A stretch of DNA of 36,438 nucleotides from Conidiobolus incongruus B7586 (Eukaryota). The translations under genes were made by a program, and so were the position numbers. The notes below the pieces were generated by a model that was not told where the DNA came from, searched no databases, and saw only the letters and a list, made by a program, of their open reading frames with translations. Shown piece after piece: positions 11,662-23,401 of the stretch. The stretch lies in NCBI GenBank assembly GCA_000697335.1, contig JNEM01008709.1, positions 1-36,438 of the forward strand, given 5' to 3'. Position 1 is the stretch's first letter, and each line of letters starts with the position of its first letter.

Positions 11662-14600
11662 ATATAATTTCAAATTGGCAACTCTATCAGCAGGGATAAC
11701 AACACATTCACTTTCGTTATCACTAACTCTTAATCCCAGGAGGGCATAAGCCAAATTGAAGAATACTTCTGTGTTGTCCATGAAATAAGCAAATAATTGG
11801 ATGGTTCATCGGTTGGACGCCTTAGCTTTCATTGAGGGATAGATTACCCTACTTGGGCAAACCATTCACACCTTCTCAATGAGCAGAAACATACGTGTTG
11901 TATCTATGTTTATTATGAGGATTCACTATAGTGGTCACATGAGCTGTTGCATTGACTTGAAGTTTTCGAAAATATCGGGGTTGTTAATTGTACCAACAGT
12001 CAAGACAGTTCTAACGTCCCATTTGTCAGGGAATCTATCGCCATCATTACCTTCATAATCTAGAAATCCTGAAAGCTCATAAGGTCTAATATCTTGACAT
12101 TTAACTTCGCGCGATCAGCCTATAGAGCGTTGTTAAAGGCTTTAGTATATACTGACCCCTATACATCGAAACCATGATTATAGTCAGCTGTGGCGGCAAT
12201 TATGTTATTGTGATCATTTTCTGAGCCCATTCAATCAAGATATGTAGAACATTATTGAGTTCAATAAGTTCGACAAGAGAACGATGATGATCAAAGGTAT
12301 GCATTTTCTTATCAACACTGGCAGCTTCAATCATGGCAAAGAATCCTTTCCTAGGGCAATTTAAAATTTCAAGCGTTTCCTTGGTCTTATCAATCAGACC
12401 AGATTGGTTAATGGCAGTGCTATTTTACCCTGAAAAATGATCTTTTTTCTTGAGAAGAGTACTCACGCAAACATTTCACTCTAACCAAATATTCATATAA
12501 CCTATATGGAAAATCCCTAAAAGAGATTTATCATTTGGCGCTTTAGCCAGTTCATCCTTTTCACATATAATATGATACCCCTTTTCGTCAGAGCTGTTAT
12601 AATGATAATTTCGATTGTCCAACTAGTTACTAGTTCCTAGTTGATTATTTCCATAATCAACATCACAACCAGAATAAATATGAACAACACAGGGTATGTG
12701 AAATTTATAACCCCATAGATTAATTTGTTAATAATATTAGTACAGAAATTAAGAAATGGCAAATTTTTTAATTTCTGATTTTTCAAACATATTATAAGTT
12801 TTGAAATATTATTGATATATAAAATATATAGGAAAATAAATATTTTCAAACTATATATATTTAATTATAATCATTTTTTTATTAAAATATTTTGATTTTA
12901 AAATTTATAGTTAAATTTAATTATATTAAAATTAAATAATAATTATCAAAAGGTTTTTATTTTTATATCTTAAAACTTAACTATAAACCCATTAAAATCA
13001 TTTAAAACTTATGAATAACTTATAAAGATGATTTTTTATTTAAAATTACTATATATTATTAAATTTCTGAATTTAAAGCTAGAAAGTACAATATTTAAAA
13101 TTTATTAAAATTTAAAAAATTAATTTTTATTTTTATTTTTTCACTTATTAATAAAATAAAAAAATATATTAATAAATACTTTTTTATTATAATTAAAGAA
13201 TTATTAAGGTAATTCAATATTCATTATATGAGTATAATATATATACTTAAGTTTAAACTTAAAGTAATTAATAAATATATAATATAAATATCTTATAATT
13301 TACAAAAGCTTAAAAAAAATTAGAATAGCTATAGTTAAATTATACTTATTAAAATATAACTAAAAATAGAAGTTTTTATAATAAATACTTATAATTAATA
13401 AACTATAATAATATATAATTTTTTTTAATATCTTAAAAAATTAATTATTAGTAAACTTTATATTATTTATTAAAATAAAATAATTTAAAAATAGTATTTT
13501 TAATATAAATTAAAAATACTTATTATTTTATATAATAATTATAAAATATATAAAATTATAAAAAAAATTAAAGAGTTACCATATTTAATATATTTAATTA
13601 ATTATAACTTATATAATTATAGTTTTTTAAACAATTGAAAATTAACTTACAAGAAAAAAAAACCTGTAAATAAATTAAATTAGTAAAACATTAAATTTTA
13701 GTCCTTAATAAAAAACTGTTTTTTAAGTGCTAAAAGCTTGTTAAAATTATAGAAAAGAGTTATTAATAATAAAAGAGAGGATTAATTTTATATTGTTTAT
13801 TAAATTATATAAATTAATTGATTTATTTATTTGATTTTAATTTCAAAATTGTGCTATTACTTAATTTCTGTACTAATATTATTCTTATTATCATGTTTTA
13901 TATATTTGAGAAGACTGTGGTGGGAGTAATATCTTGGACTTCAGTAATTTTAAATATATCAATATCCAATGGGCGTCTGTTTTTGGCTGATCTTCTAGCC
14001 AATTCAGCCAGAAGTTCAACTTTGGTGTCATTAAAATTATCAGTTGAATTATTGAGATAGATGCCAAGGGTGCGAGTTGTAGGATTGTGATTGGAGTTGT
14101 AATCATGAGCAGAGTTTGCAGAATCAGTCAAAATAAAGCCAGCAAAGTTAGAATTTGACTAAATTATTCCAAGTAATCTAGGTAAAGCTTAGTGAAATAT
14201 TTACTATTGGTTTGGTTGATGGATATTGTACAAGCATTAGTGATCATATTAGCAGTCATACCATCACCAATAAAGAAGATAGCATTTTTGGCCACCGGTT
14301 TACAAGCGGGAGCGTGAAAAATCCAGACAGTGTTTGCTCTTAATTGTTATTGTATTTGAATTTAATCAAAATTTTACTGGCTTATCAAAAAAACATTTCT
14401 CTATATTTTCAATGTAGAATTAAGTGAGAGCAGATTTATCACCACCTAAAACACTCATATTTTTCAGAACCTTTAGAATATAAAAAGTTCAATCTCTCAA
14501 GCTCTGGTGTATTTTTAACCTTGAAAAATTATTAGAATGATTGAGAATGTCCAGATTTGTCACCTTCATATTTGCTAACTGTAACCGAAAAGCTATCGTT

Positions 14601-14789
14601 GGCTTTAAGGTTGATTTTATCATGAATTTTGACACGAGTATCAAAATGAGCACCGACCAAAAATTCAGCACCAGCAGGTGGAAGAACACAAGGAGCACCA
14701 GGACAGGTGGAATGTTTAATCAATTGAATGATTTTAGTGCCAAAAACAAATAACCGAGTAGCAAGACCTGCAAGTGTTGGATACTGTAT
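11662..14789 (-). pseudogene. Alkaline phosphatase pseudogene (paralog 3), interrupted by a mariner insertion
   Basis: Recognisable AP segments (IKHSTCPGAPCVLPPAGAEFLVG, IFFIGDGM, TDSANSA, KVELLAELARR, GFDV, MDNTEVFFN). Start codon is ATG>ATA at 14787-14789, with multiple stops and frameshifts and an insertion at 12737-13876. The 3' end is approximate. Confidence 0.93.
12737..13876 (+). mobile_element. Mariner-family DNA transposon relic, 1140 bp, both TIRs and TA target-site duplication present
   Basis: 35-bp TIRs (TTAGTACAGAAATTAAG identical for 17 bp; 5 mismatches in 35). TA at 12735-12736 and 13877-13878. Removing the element plus one TA restores gap-free colinearity with AP paralog 1. 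Decayed transposase motifs TYKDDFLFKITIYY*ISEFKAR (13018), LIILYNNYKIY (13519) and ELPYLIYLINYNLYNY (13573). Confidence 0.92.
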
Positions 14790-15654
14790 TATCAGAATAT
14801 TATTTTATCAAAAATTTTATATTTAGCACTAATTTAGAAAACTTAGAAAATATCCTTTTATGTTATACCCAATATAGTAATCTCTTAAGCATAATATTTA
14901 CAAGTAATAATTAAACGTTTATATTATGGTTAAATTATTTGGATTATATACCAATAAGGAATATGAATTGTTAAATGAATCAATGTACTTTTTATATAAC
15001 TGTTTGCTTTAGTAAATTTATTATCCTAATAATTATTAAATTATAGTATCTATCTTCACTTAATAATGGAAAGGATGTTATTGATAAAATAACGAAAGAT
15101 TTTAATTAATACATTGAATCACTCAAATTTTTAAAATAGATTTTAGTTTGATATTTTACTGTCAGCACTTTATATTTTTCGTTATAAAATATTATACAAA
15201 TTAGTTAACTTTTTGAAATAAATGATTAATTATTTTGGACTATGTATATTAGTCTCCTTACATATATGGTATTATAATATATTTTTTGTAGCTGATAATT
15301 AATAACATTAGCACTGAGAATTGGATATATGATATTAAAATATAAATTTGATTTAATGCTGATCATATTGAAATGCATGATAATGTTACAGCTTCCTTAA
15401 AATTAAATGATTGTTATTTTTCTTCACTAACATTGTTGATACAATGAACCTGCATTAGTTTGCTACTTCTACTCATAAAAAGCTATACACTTTAATCATT
15501 AAAGTGCATTATTTTTTTTATTACTCGGTACAAATTCTTTTATCAACAATATAAATTTTAATATTTTTTAAAATTATTGAAAGTTAGTTGACAAGATTAT
15601 ATCAATTAACCACAGTTTAAAAATTGATTAAAACATTAACTTATATTGTGACTT

Positions 15655-16002
15655 TGTTAACAGACTAGTTCTCTAAATTTTATATAAAACTTTAGGTTTA
15701 TATTAACTTTATATTAGGTAATGTATACTTATATATTAAGTTAATTATATAAATAAGCTCCCTTCATTTTTTCTTGATTTTTTAATATTTCTCTTTAATT
15801 ATTATTAATCACTATATTTCAAAATAATAAATTAATAATCTTATAATTATATTAGACTTAATAATATATATCACCATAGATATTAATATTTATTAATACT
15901 TTTGAAACTTAAATAAACCTGCTGATATATTAAATTTATTAATCATTTCTAATCTAAGTCTTCCCTTATATTATATTGACTTTAACCTTAATATCAGTTA
16001 TA
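15655..16002 (-). mobile_element. Decayed solo-LTR-like repeat, inverted copy of 35701-36101
   Basis: Starts TGTTAA on the + strand, matching the reverse complement of the 36101 end. Several colinear blocks are shared (e.g. CAATATAATATA..GGAAGACTT). The far terminus reads TA in place of CA, and the TSD is not preserved. Confidence 0.6.
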
Positions 16003-17529
16003 ATTCTAATATTTATATTAGCCAATTTTGAAATTTACTTAATATTCAATATCAAAGCTAATTTTTTTCCAATTTATATATTAAATCACACTAAACATAA
16101 AGATTCATCAATCTATTTATTATAAATATTTTGATTGTTTTTAGTAATATTGTTATGATAATTTTCCAATATATTTAAATTTAGATTTTATCTATATTAA
16201 AAATTTATGACAGAGAATTGATTCATTTTAGCCATTGACATCACTATATATTATCAGAGTTATTTCATTTTATTTTAACAAAATATATTTTAAAATTGGT
16301 GTATAGTTTATAAGTGTATGCTCATCCTTCAACTAAGTTACTTCAAAATTCTTAATAAAATGAATTATTTTCTTGAAATGGAAATTGATTTTTTGAAGAA
16401 TTTGAAACGATTAATGAATTAAGTTTAATAATTTTAAACTTAAATGTTGTATTAAATATCCTAAAGATAGATGTATTATCATTAATAACAGTAACTATTT
16501 AACTGGTATGACTTTATCCAATTTAACCACATAATCAGTAATTTATCATATATTTTTTATATTTAATTTTTTATGAAATATTATTTGTAACAGAACCATT
16601 CAATATATAGATTTTTAGAACATAAGCTCTTTTTCATTTACATATATAATTTAATTCAGTTTTTATATATCATTGAAGTTATATATTTATCTTATTAAAA
16701 TCATACTTCAAATTAAAAATACATAATCTCACAGAAAATATAGTATATAGATATATTTATCAATTGAAATTATATTGAATTACAAGTTGGAAATTTTATA
16801 ATTTTATATATATGAATTTGTCATCATTAAAAACTTATATTATTTTGAATTAATTGGAAAATTTTACTATTATATAAAATTTATCATGATATTTTATAAG
16901 ATAATAATAGGTTTACTCTAACTATATATAGAAAGAAATAATTCGATAAATGTATATATATATTTTGGTATCAAATCATTTATTAATACTTTCCTATTTA
17001 AAAGAATTCAATTAGTTTTTAAGAAATAAGTTATATTACGTATAAATAATCAAAAATAGCTATTCTAATGAATAAGCTGTAATATTATATTTACTAATTG
17101 ATTTAATAGAAAAAATTATTGATGATATTTATAAATTTATGTTCAATTAATTAGATATACTCAATTACACACATTTTTTTTAATTTTATTGAATTATAGT
17201 TCAAATTTCTCAACATTTAAACAAAATTTTTCAATTTTAGTAAATTTACTAAAATATTTTTATTATTCAATTATTTATTATTTTTTTAGATACTTTGTAT
17301 TAATAACACCCATTTATAATATATATTGATATTTTATAAAAATTTTAATCTATTCTAAAATCTTTAAAAATAGGTCACATATACACAAATCAAAATACTC
17401 AATTATTATAATCAATCTCTCATATTTCAATTCCAAACTAATCAATCCCATAAAAAATATATCAATATAAAAGACGCCAATGCCAAAAAGCTCAATTCAT
17501 AGTTTACGCTTAGTTCAAATTTAAAAAAA

Positions 17530-18580
17530 ATGGTTAAAATAATAGAAAAACACAGAAAAGTTCAGAGAAAGATAAAACCCAGAAATTCTAATAAAATTAG
17601 TAAGATACCTAAAGATTTACAAAATAAGTTGGTTCCTAAGGGTAGGCAAACTAATGTGGTAATTGACGATAATTTTGAAGATAATAATCAAGGTATTTTT
17701 AATAAATACATTTATGCTGTTTAGTTAATTGATATCATTTATAGACAACCCTTTCAGTCTTGTTACAACATTTCGAACTATAACTCAAAATAGGAACCAA
17801 CCTTGGATAAGTTTAAATCCCAACTTAAAGCAACTTATTATTAGCGGTATCAAGGAAGCCACATAGTAATTATTATATACTACGTTACCAATAATTTTTA
17901 TCAATTACATTGTTAGTAATACTCTAAACACTATTGACAATAAGAAAGAACATGGAATCATTTCGAATCAGTTGAGTATGTTAAACACTCAGTAAATATT
18001 TTTATATATCATTTATATATGTTAAATATTAATACTTTTATTAGGTTATATTTACAATTAAACCAATTAACTATACCCAAATTATTGGACGACCAATTCA
18101 ATAGCAGTCGATTGAATTCTAGTCACACCGTAAATAACCACTTACCTTTTCATTGTAAATTAATGCTCATTTATATTGTGATAGGCCTATCTAGAACGCC
18201 AACTTAACGACAAGCTTTCAGAACGCATGCACCTCCAAAAATTGATCAAAGAAGAAACCCTAAAATTGAAAGAATTGGAGAGCGACTGCAAACGTTTTGA
18301 AAAAAAGCGAGACCAAAGTAACAGATTTCATTTAAACAATTTTAGAACCAAGTTGAATCCTTTGATTTTGAACAACCTGCCTCCAGTCCTACAGAATGAT
18401 GATTTAAATAACAATACATTGTCGGTTAGGGATTATGACTTGAGCCAGGGTGACGAAATGACCATGAATACTAATTTAACAAAAATTTCAGAACATTTGG
18501 AAAGATTGAGATTGAATACTGATGATATCGATTCTGTTGTGAATTGGGTAGAATTTCAGAATAATCGAATGGAGCCATAG
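17530..18580 (+). CDS. Five-exon coiled-coil protein, possible CENP-Q/Fta7-like kinetochore subunit
   Basis: Four short GT-AG introns (first 17693-17744) splice into one frame: ...QPWISLNPNLKQLIISGIKEATYNTLNTIDNKKEHGIISNQLSMLNTQLYLQLNQLTIPKLLDDQFNSSRL...YLERQL...LQKLIKEE. The pattern (WxxL...LxxLxxP, then coiled coil) resembles CENP-Q by eye only. Confidence 0.55.
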
Positions 18581-18952
18581 CTATTATTTGTTATATTAGT
18601 ATTTTCTGTATCATTAAAAACAAAATAAAATCTACATTTCCACCACTTAATGATATTATATTGATTTGAATTTGTATTTAATTGCTTTTATATTGAATAT
18701 GATTTTTACAAATTCTCCAAATTATCCCATAATAATTATTAACCAATTCTAAAATATTAAATTACCTAGTGCAATAAATATTAACATTAACCCACATTTT
18801 AATACGTCTCAATTTTGAGGACGGAAGATATATTAGTCTTAAAGTCTAATAAATTCTTATTCTCCCCTAAATATTAACATTAAAGGCATATTAATTTTAA
18901 ATTGATAACCAATTCATTTTAATTTCATTTAAAAAACATATTATAGTTTAAA

Positions 18953-21021
18953 ATGGGAAAATGGACAGGTATTAATAATAAATAATCATTGAAAAATAAC
19001 TTAAAATTCATCAATTTCTAGATAAATTATATATCACCCATTCCGAATGGTCCCAAGACTTCGGAGGAGCCAAAAAAGAGATTGTAAAATTCACCAAATT
19101 ACCATTTTACTGCTGCGCCTTAAGTTTACAACCTTTTGAAAACCCTGTATGTACTGAAGATGGTATTATATTTGATATTGAGTAAATTTTATATTTTTAT
19201 TACTATGTTTATAATATTAATAATTAATTAGGAATATTATTCCTTGGATTCAGGAATATGGTACCAATCCCATTACTAATGAGAAATTGGCTGTTAAAGA
19301 TTTGATAAAGTTGAAATTTCATAAAAACACTGAAAGTATTTTATTATCATCACAACATACTTATCATAATATTTAATTAATTGACTAGGTAAATATTGTT
19401 GCCCTGTCACCTATAAAATCTTTACGGAACATACGCATATCGCTGCTCTAAAGCCAACGGGAAATGTATTTTGTTATGATGTGATTGAAGAACTGAACAT
19501 TAAAGCTAAGATGTTCAGAGATTTGGTTGATGACACGCCATTCGTTAAGAAGGATATCATTCATTTACAAGATCCTCAGAATGTAGAGAAGAGCAACCCA
19601 AATAATTTCTATCACATTAGAAATCAGTTAAAAGTTAAGAAGAAGGACGAGGATGAAATTAAGGTGAATAGTACGATGAAGCGTGTTATGGATGAAATGA
19701 ATATTAAACAGGTAATTATTATAAATATTTCGAATTATATAAAATTTAATTAATTATTTTTAGCAACAAGTATCTAAAGATGAAAAATCAGATGAAAAAG
19801 TAATTATTTTATCCATTATATAATTTTACAAATATTAACCATAATTCAATATAGCCATCTATTACAAACTCTGTTACCAAAAAAGAAACCGACACAACTA
19901 CCAAAGCACCAGTGAAAAAAGATAATGCAACACCTTACAACATCTCCATCTATTCCACTGGTAAATTGGCAGCTTCTTTTACATCAACATCTATTGCACC
20001 TGTAACAAAGAACGAAATGCAACTTGTCGACGAGACTGAACTCATGTTTCAAAGAGTAAAGGGTACAGGATTAGCGATTGTTCAGACTAATTTGGGAGAT
20101 ATTCAATTGGAGTTGTATTGCCAACAAGTAATTCTATATTTTATTAATGTTTTGGTAATTATTAATTTGTGATTAGGTACCCAGAACTTGCTACAATTTT
20201 ATTATGTTAAGTAAATCTGGTTACTACAACGGTGTTAGTTTTCATCGTAGCATTCGAAACTTTATGGTATTTTTGACTATTCATTTAACATGATTTAATT
20301 GATTAATACTAAGGTAATTAGATTCAAGGAGGCGATCCCACAGGAACTGGAAGGGGTGGCGAATCTTACTATAAAAAAGACTTTCAAGACGAAATCAAAA
20401 CTAATTTGAGTCATAACGATCGTGGTATTTTGAGTATGGCTAATAGGGGGAAAGATACTAACTCTTCTCAATTGTAATTTTATAATACTTTTTATTTATT
20501 CTAATCACTAATATCCTTTATAGCTTTATTACATATCGTCCATGTACTCATCTTGATGGTAAACATTCCATCTTCGGCAAAATAACTGGCGGAATTGAAG
20601 TGCTGGACAAGATGGAAGTTGTTCCAACCGATGATCAAGATCGTCCAGTCAAAGATATCAAAATCAGGGAGATTATGGTTTTGATCGATCCTTTCGACGA
20701 ATACTCTAGTCGTCTCAAACGTAAGTTAGGCTATTTGGAAGAAGAGCGTGAGGCTAAAGCAATGGGGCAGTCATTAGAGAAGAAAGAGGTAAATTTTATG
20801 ATTTTAGCTGATTTTTGATGCATTAAGATATGTTTTAGGATACTACTACATGGTTGGGAACCAAAGTAAATACTTCCAGCAATACTGCATCTTCTATTGG
20901 TAAATATATGACCAAAACTACTACTGGATCTTCAGCTAATAGTATGGATCAATTGGCATCTATTCCATCCAAAAAAGAACGTAAAAAGAATAGCAAATTC
21001 GACAAATTAAGTCAATGGTAG
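18953..21021 (+). CDS. PPIL2: U-box/RING-type cyclophilin PPIL2 (Cyp60), multi-exon
   Basis: Spliced N-terminus [15 protein letters not shown]. Motifs [76 protein letters not shown] and [10 protein letters not shown]. Ends FDKLSQW*. Confidence 0.93.
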
Positions 21022-21118
21022 TTTTGTTTACTATGAAATATCTATATTTATTATTTTAACAATGTCATTTTATTATTAAATATAATATGCAATATATATA
21101 TACTCTAACTTAATAGAA

Positions 21119-22284
21119 CTAATGATCCTCTCTCGTATCTCCAGGACAATTTTCGTTCAAATCTTCAGCATTAGAATAGCCATCACCGCACCATAAACAA
21201 TAAAAGTATTTAGACCTTAAATAATGAGTGATTTCTTGTAAATCCTGTGTGACCTATTTTTGTTGTTAGTTAAATATACGTTTATTTGTAATATATTGGT
21301 ATTAGATTTTACCTTTTCAAGATTGGGTTTATTTTTCTCATCTTCACTATCCGAATCGTCGGATTTGTCTTTAGCTAATTTCTTTTCTTTCTCCTTTTCG
21401 ACATCACTCAACTTTGAGAATTGCAACCAAAGTGGATTATCTTCAATACCCTAAATAAAAATTAATACATAGTCACAAAATAATATATTAATAAATTACA
21501 TTCTGTCTATCCAACTGCTCACAAACTGTTCTACTCTTATACAGGTCAGAATTCCTCTGTCCCAACAGAAACTTCTCCCTAGAGTTGGATAAAAATTGGG
21601 TTTGGGAAATCTTTTCGAGAGTTTTCCTTTTGCGTTGTTTAATGACAGTTTGCTCTTGAACTTCGGTTTCAAAACCTAAGCCTTTGTTACCTAAGCGAAT
21701 TGTTAGATTTGTTCCTAAAAAATTTTGTTTTGATTTACCTGAAGGTAAATTAATTTTGATAGGTTCTTGTATGCCTTCTTTTTTCGCGCCTAAACCTTCT
21801 CCAGGTCTAAAAAATTTGATTAATAAATAAAATTAAAAAAAATAAGTATCACCTACTTGTAGCCCATCTTAGCTAATAAATTAAAACCCTTGTTATTACT
21901 ATCAATAGGCTTACTTAGAGTTTTCTGCAGTTGTTCTTTCTCTCGAACCGCAAGCGGTGCAATGTACCCCCACTGTTTCTGTTCTCTCACAGTTTTCACT
22001 CGCTTTTGCGAGTATGACAAACTCGGTTTCTCCACCTTCTTCTCCAACTGTTCTAAATCCATATTTAAATAATCATCCTCCTCATCAGAATAGTTTTGGG
22101 ACGGACGTTTCGTTGTTTGAGTTTCGAATTTTGTCAAGTCCATACTGAGGTAGTCATCTTCATCCTCGTCTTCAAAGCGATTAAATTCTGGTTTGGGGGC
22201 TTTCGATTCGAATTGAGTTAAATCCATATTGAGGTAATCATCCTCTTCGTCACTAGAAACTTGCTGTGATTTTGATTTTGACAT
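21119..22284 (-). CDS. G-patch domain protein, GPATCH11/CCDC75-like (C-terminal DUF4187-type motif), multi-exon
   Basis: G-patch NKGFNLLAKMGYK-PGEGLG...EPI...GLG. C-terminus YFYCLWCGDGYSNAEDLNENCPGDTREDH*. Confidence 0.88.
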
Positions 22285-22717
22285 TAATATGGTTTTTATG
22301 GATTATTTAAATTATTAAATCTATATAATTAGCTTTGAAATCTTTAATTCTTTGTTTCAATTTAAATAAAAGTAAGAAGTATTTTTTGAAGTTCAAAGAA
22401 TTTTATATGAATTATCAAATTGAGGACAAATGATTCCTTAATTAGGTAATTGAATATCAAATAAAAAAATTAAAATTAAAATTAGAAAATTAAAGGTGTA
22501 GACGTATCAATGTTTTTGAGAAAAGAAATGAGAAATATATGTATATGTATAAGGGAAATAGAATTAATTTGAGGATATGAATAGGTAAGATAAGCTATAA
22601 TATAAATAATAGAATTTAAAAACAAGGATAGAAATAATAGCTGATAAAATAAATTTTGATCAAAAATCTTTGGTGATATGATAATATTCCTGTTGTATTA
22701 TGAATGAAGGTAAAGTA

Positions 22718-23284
22718 TGTCACGGTTATTAGCTCCTTGAGCGTCATCGAGGATACTGACATAGCCATTGTGTAAGCCAGATTGTGAAGCATTGTGCCTA
22801 CAAACTGAGGTAGACTGCCGATGATCAGTTCCCTGGCTATCCGACCATGATTACTGTTGAATGGGGCATTAAAGAGGGCGACTAAATCAGCAGTAGTAGT
22901 GGCAGTGTGAGGATTTGACATGCTAAGAAGGCAGAGTCGCAGAATATCAATAGGAATGGATGCAGACGGATAATAGAATATGTCTCAAGTGAAGCTATAA
23001 GCGGCCCCTTGAGTACGTTTGAGAGCAGGTTTTTAGTAGGGAAATAAGGTTTATTTGTAGAGTAGAATAGAAAGTGTTCTTTTGGATTGAGTGGGAAGGG
23101 TTGGTATAAATAGGCCATTACGGATGAATAGCGTGGTTGTAAGACATATAGATTTTGTGATAGCAAGGGTTTAGAGCCTTATTCATAACTGGTTGAGATT
23201 ATTTATATGGCTTAATTGGGATAATCGGTGATTTGGTAGTGATTTTGAGCGAGAGAAGGTATCCATTAGATAATAAGTGTCACA
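22718..23284. mobile_element. Solo LTR (567 bp) immediately upstream of tRNA-Thr
   Basis: Termini TGTCAC...GTCACA. Perfect 5-bp direct repeat AAGTA at 22713-22717 and 23285-23289. GC content rises sharply inside these boundaries. TATAAATA at 23105-23112. No credible ORF. Confidence 0.85.
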
Positions 23285-23294
23285 AAGTAGAGTA

Positions 23295-23367
23295 GCCTTC
23301 TTGGCTCAGTTGGCAGAGCGTCCGCCTAGTAAGCGGAAGGTCACCAGTTCGATTCTGGTAGAAGGCA
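23295..23367 (+). tRNA. tRNA-Thr(AGT)
   Basis: GCCTTCT/AGAAGGC acceptor stem, GCTC/GAGC D stem, TCCGC-CTAGTAA-GCGGA anticodon arm, ACCAG-TTCGATT-CTGGT T arm. T runs follow. Confidence 0.96.
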
Positions 23368-23401
23368 ATTTCCTTTTACTTTATTATTTTCATATTGTCC
23401 T

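Noticed and set aside
12637..14060. ORFs 12637-12849 (-) and 13818-14060 (+) sharing the peptide LNFCTNII
   Set aside because: The shared peptide is just the two TIRs of the mariner read outward; these are not genes.
22616..23166. Two minus-strand ORFs (101 and 94 aa)
   Set aside because: They lie mostly inside the solo LTR, one crosses its boundary, and neither has recognisable protein features.
22718..23284. Structured ncRNA reading: CTAAACCCT telomerase-template-like 9-mer on the minus strand near 23170, and an RNase MRP-like AATGGGGC near 22860
   Set aside because: The same 9-mer occurs by chance in the RAM1 region near 24517. No MRP CR-I partner motif was found. TG...CA ends with a perfect TSD explain the region better.
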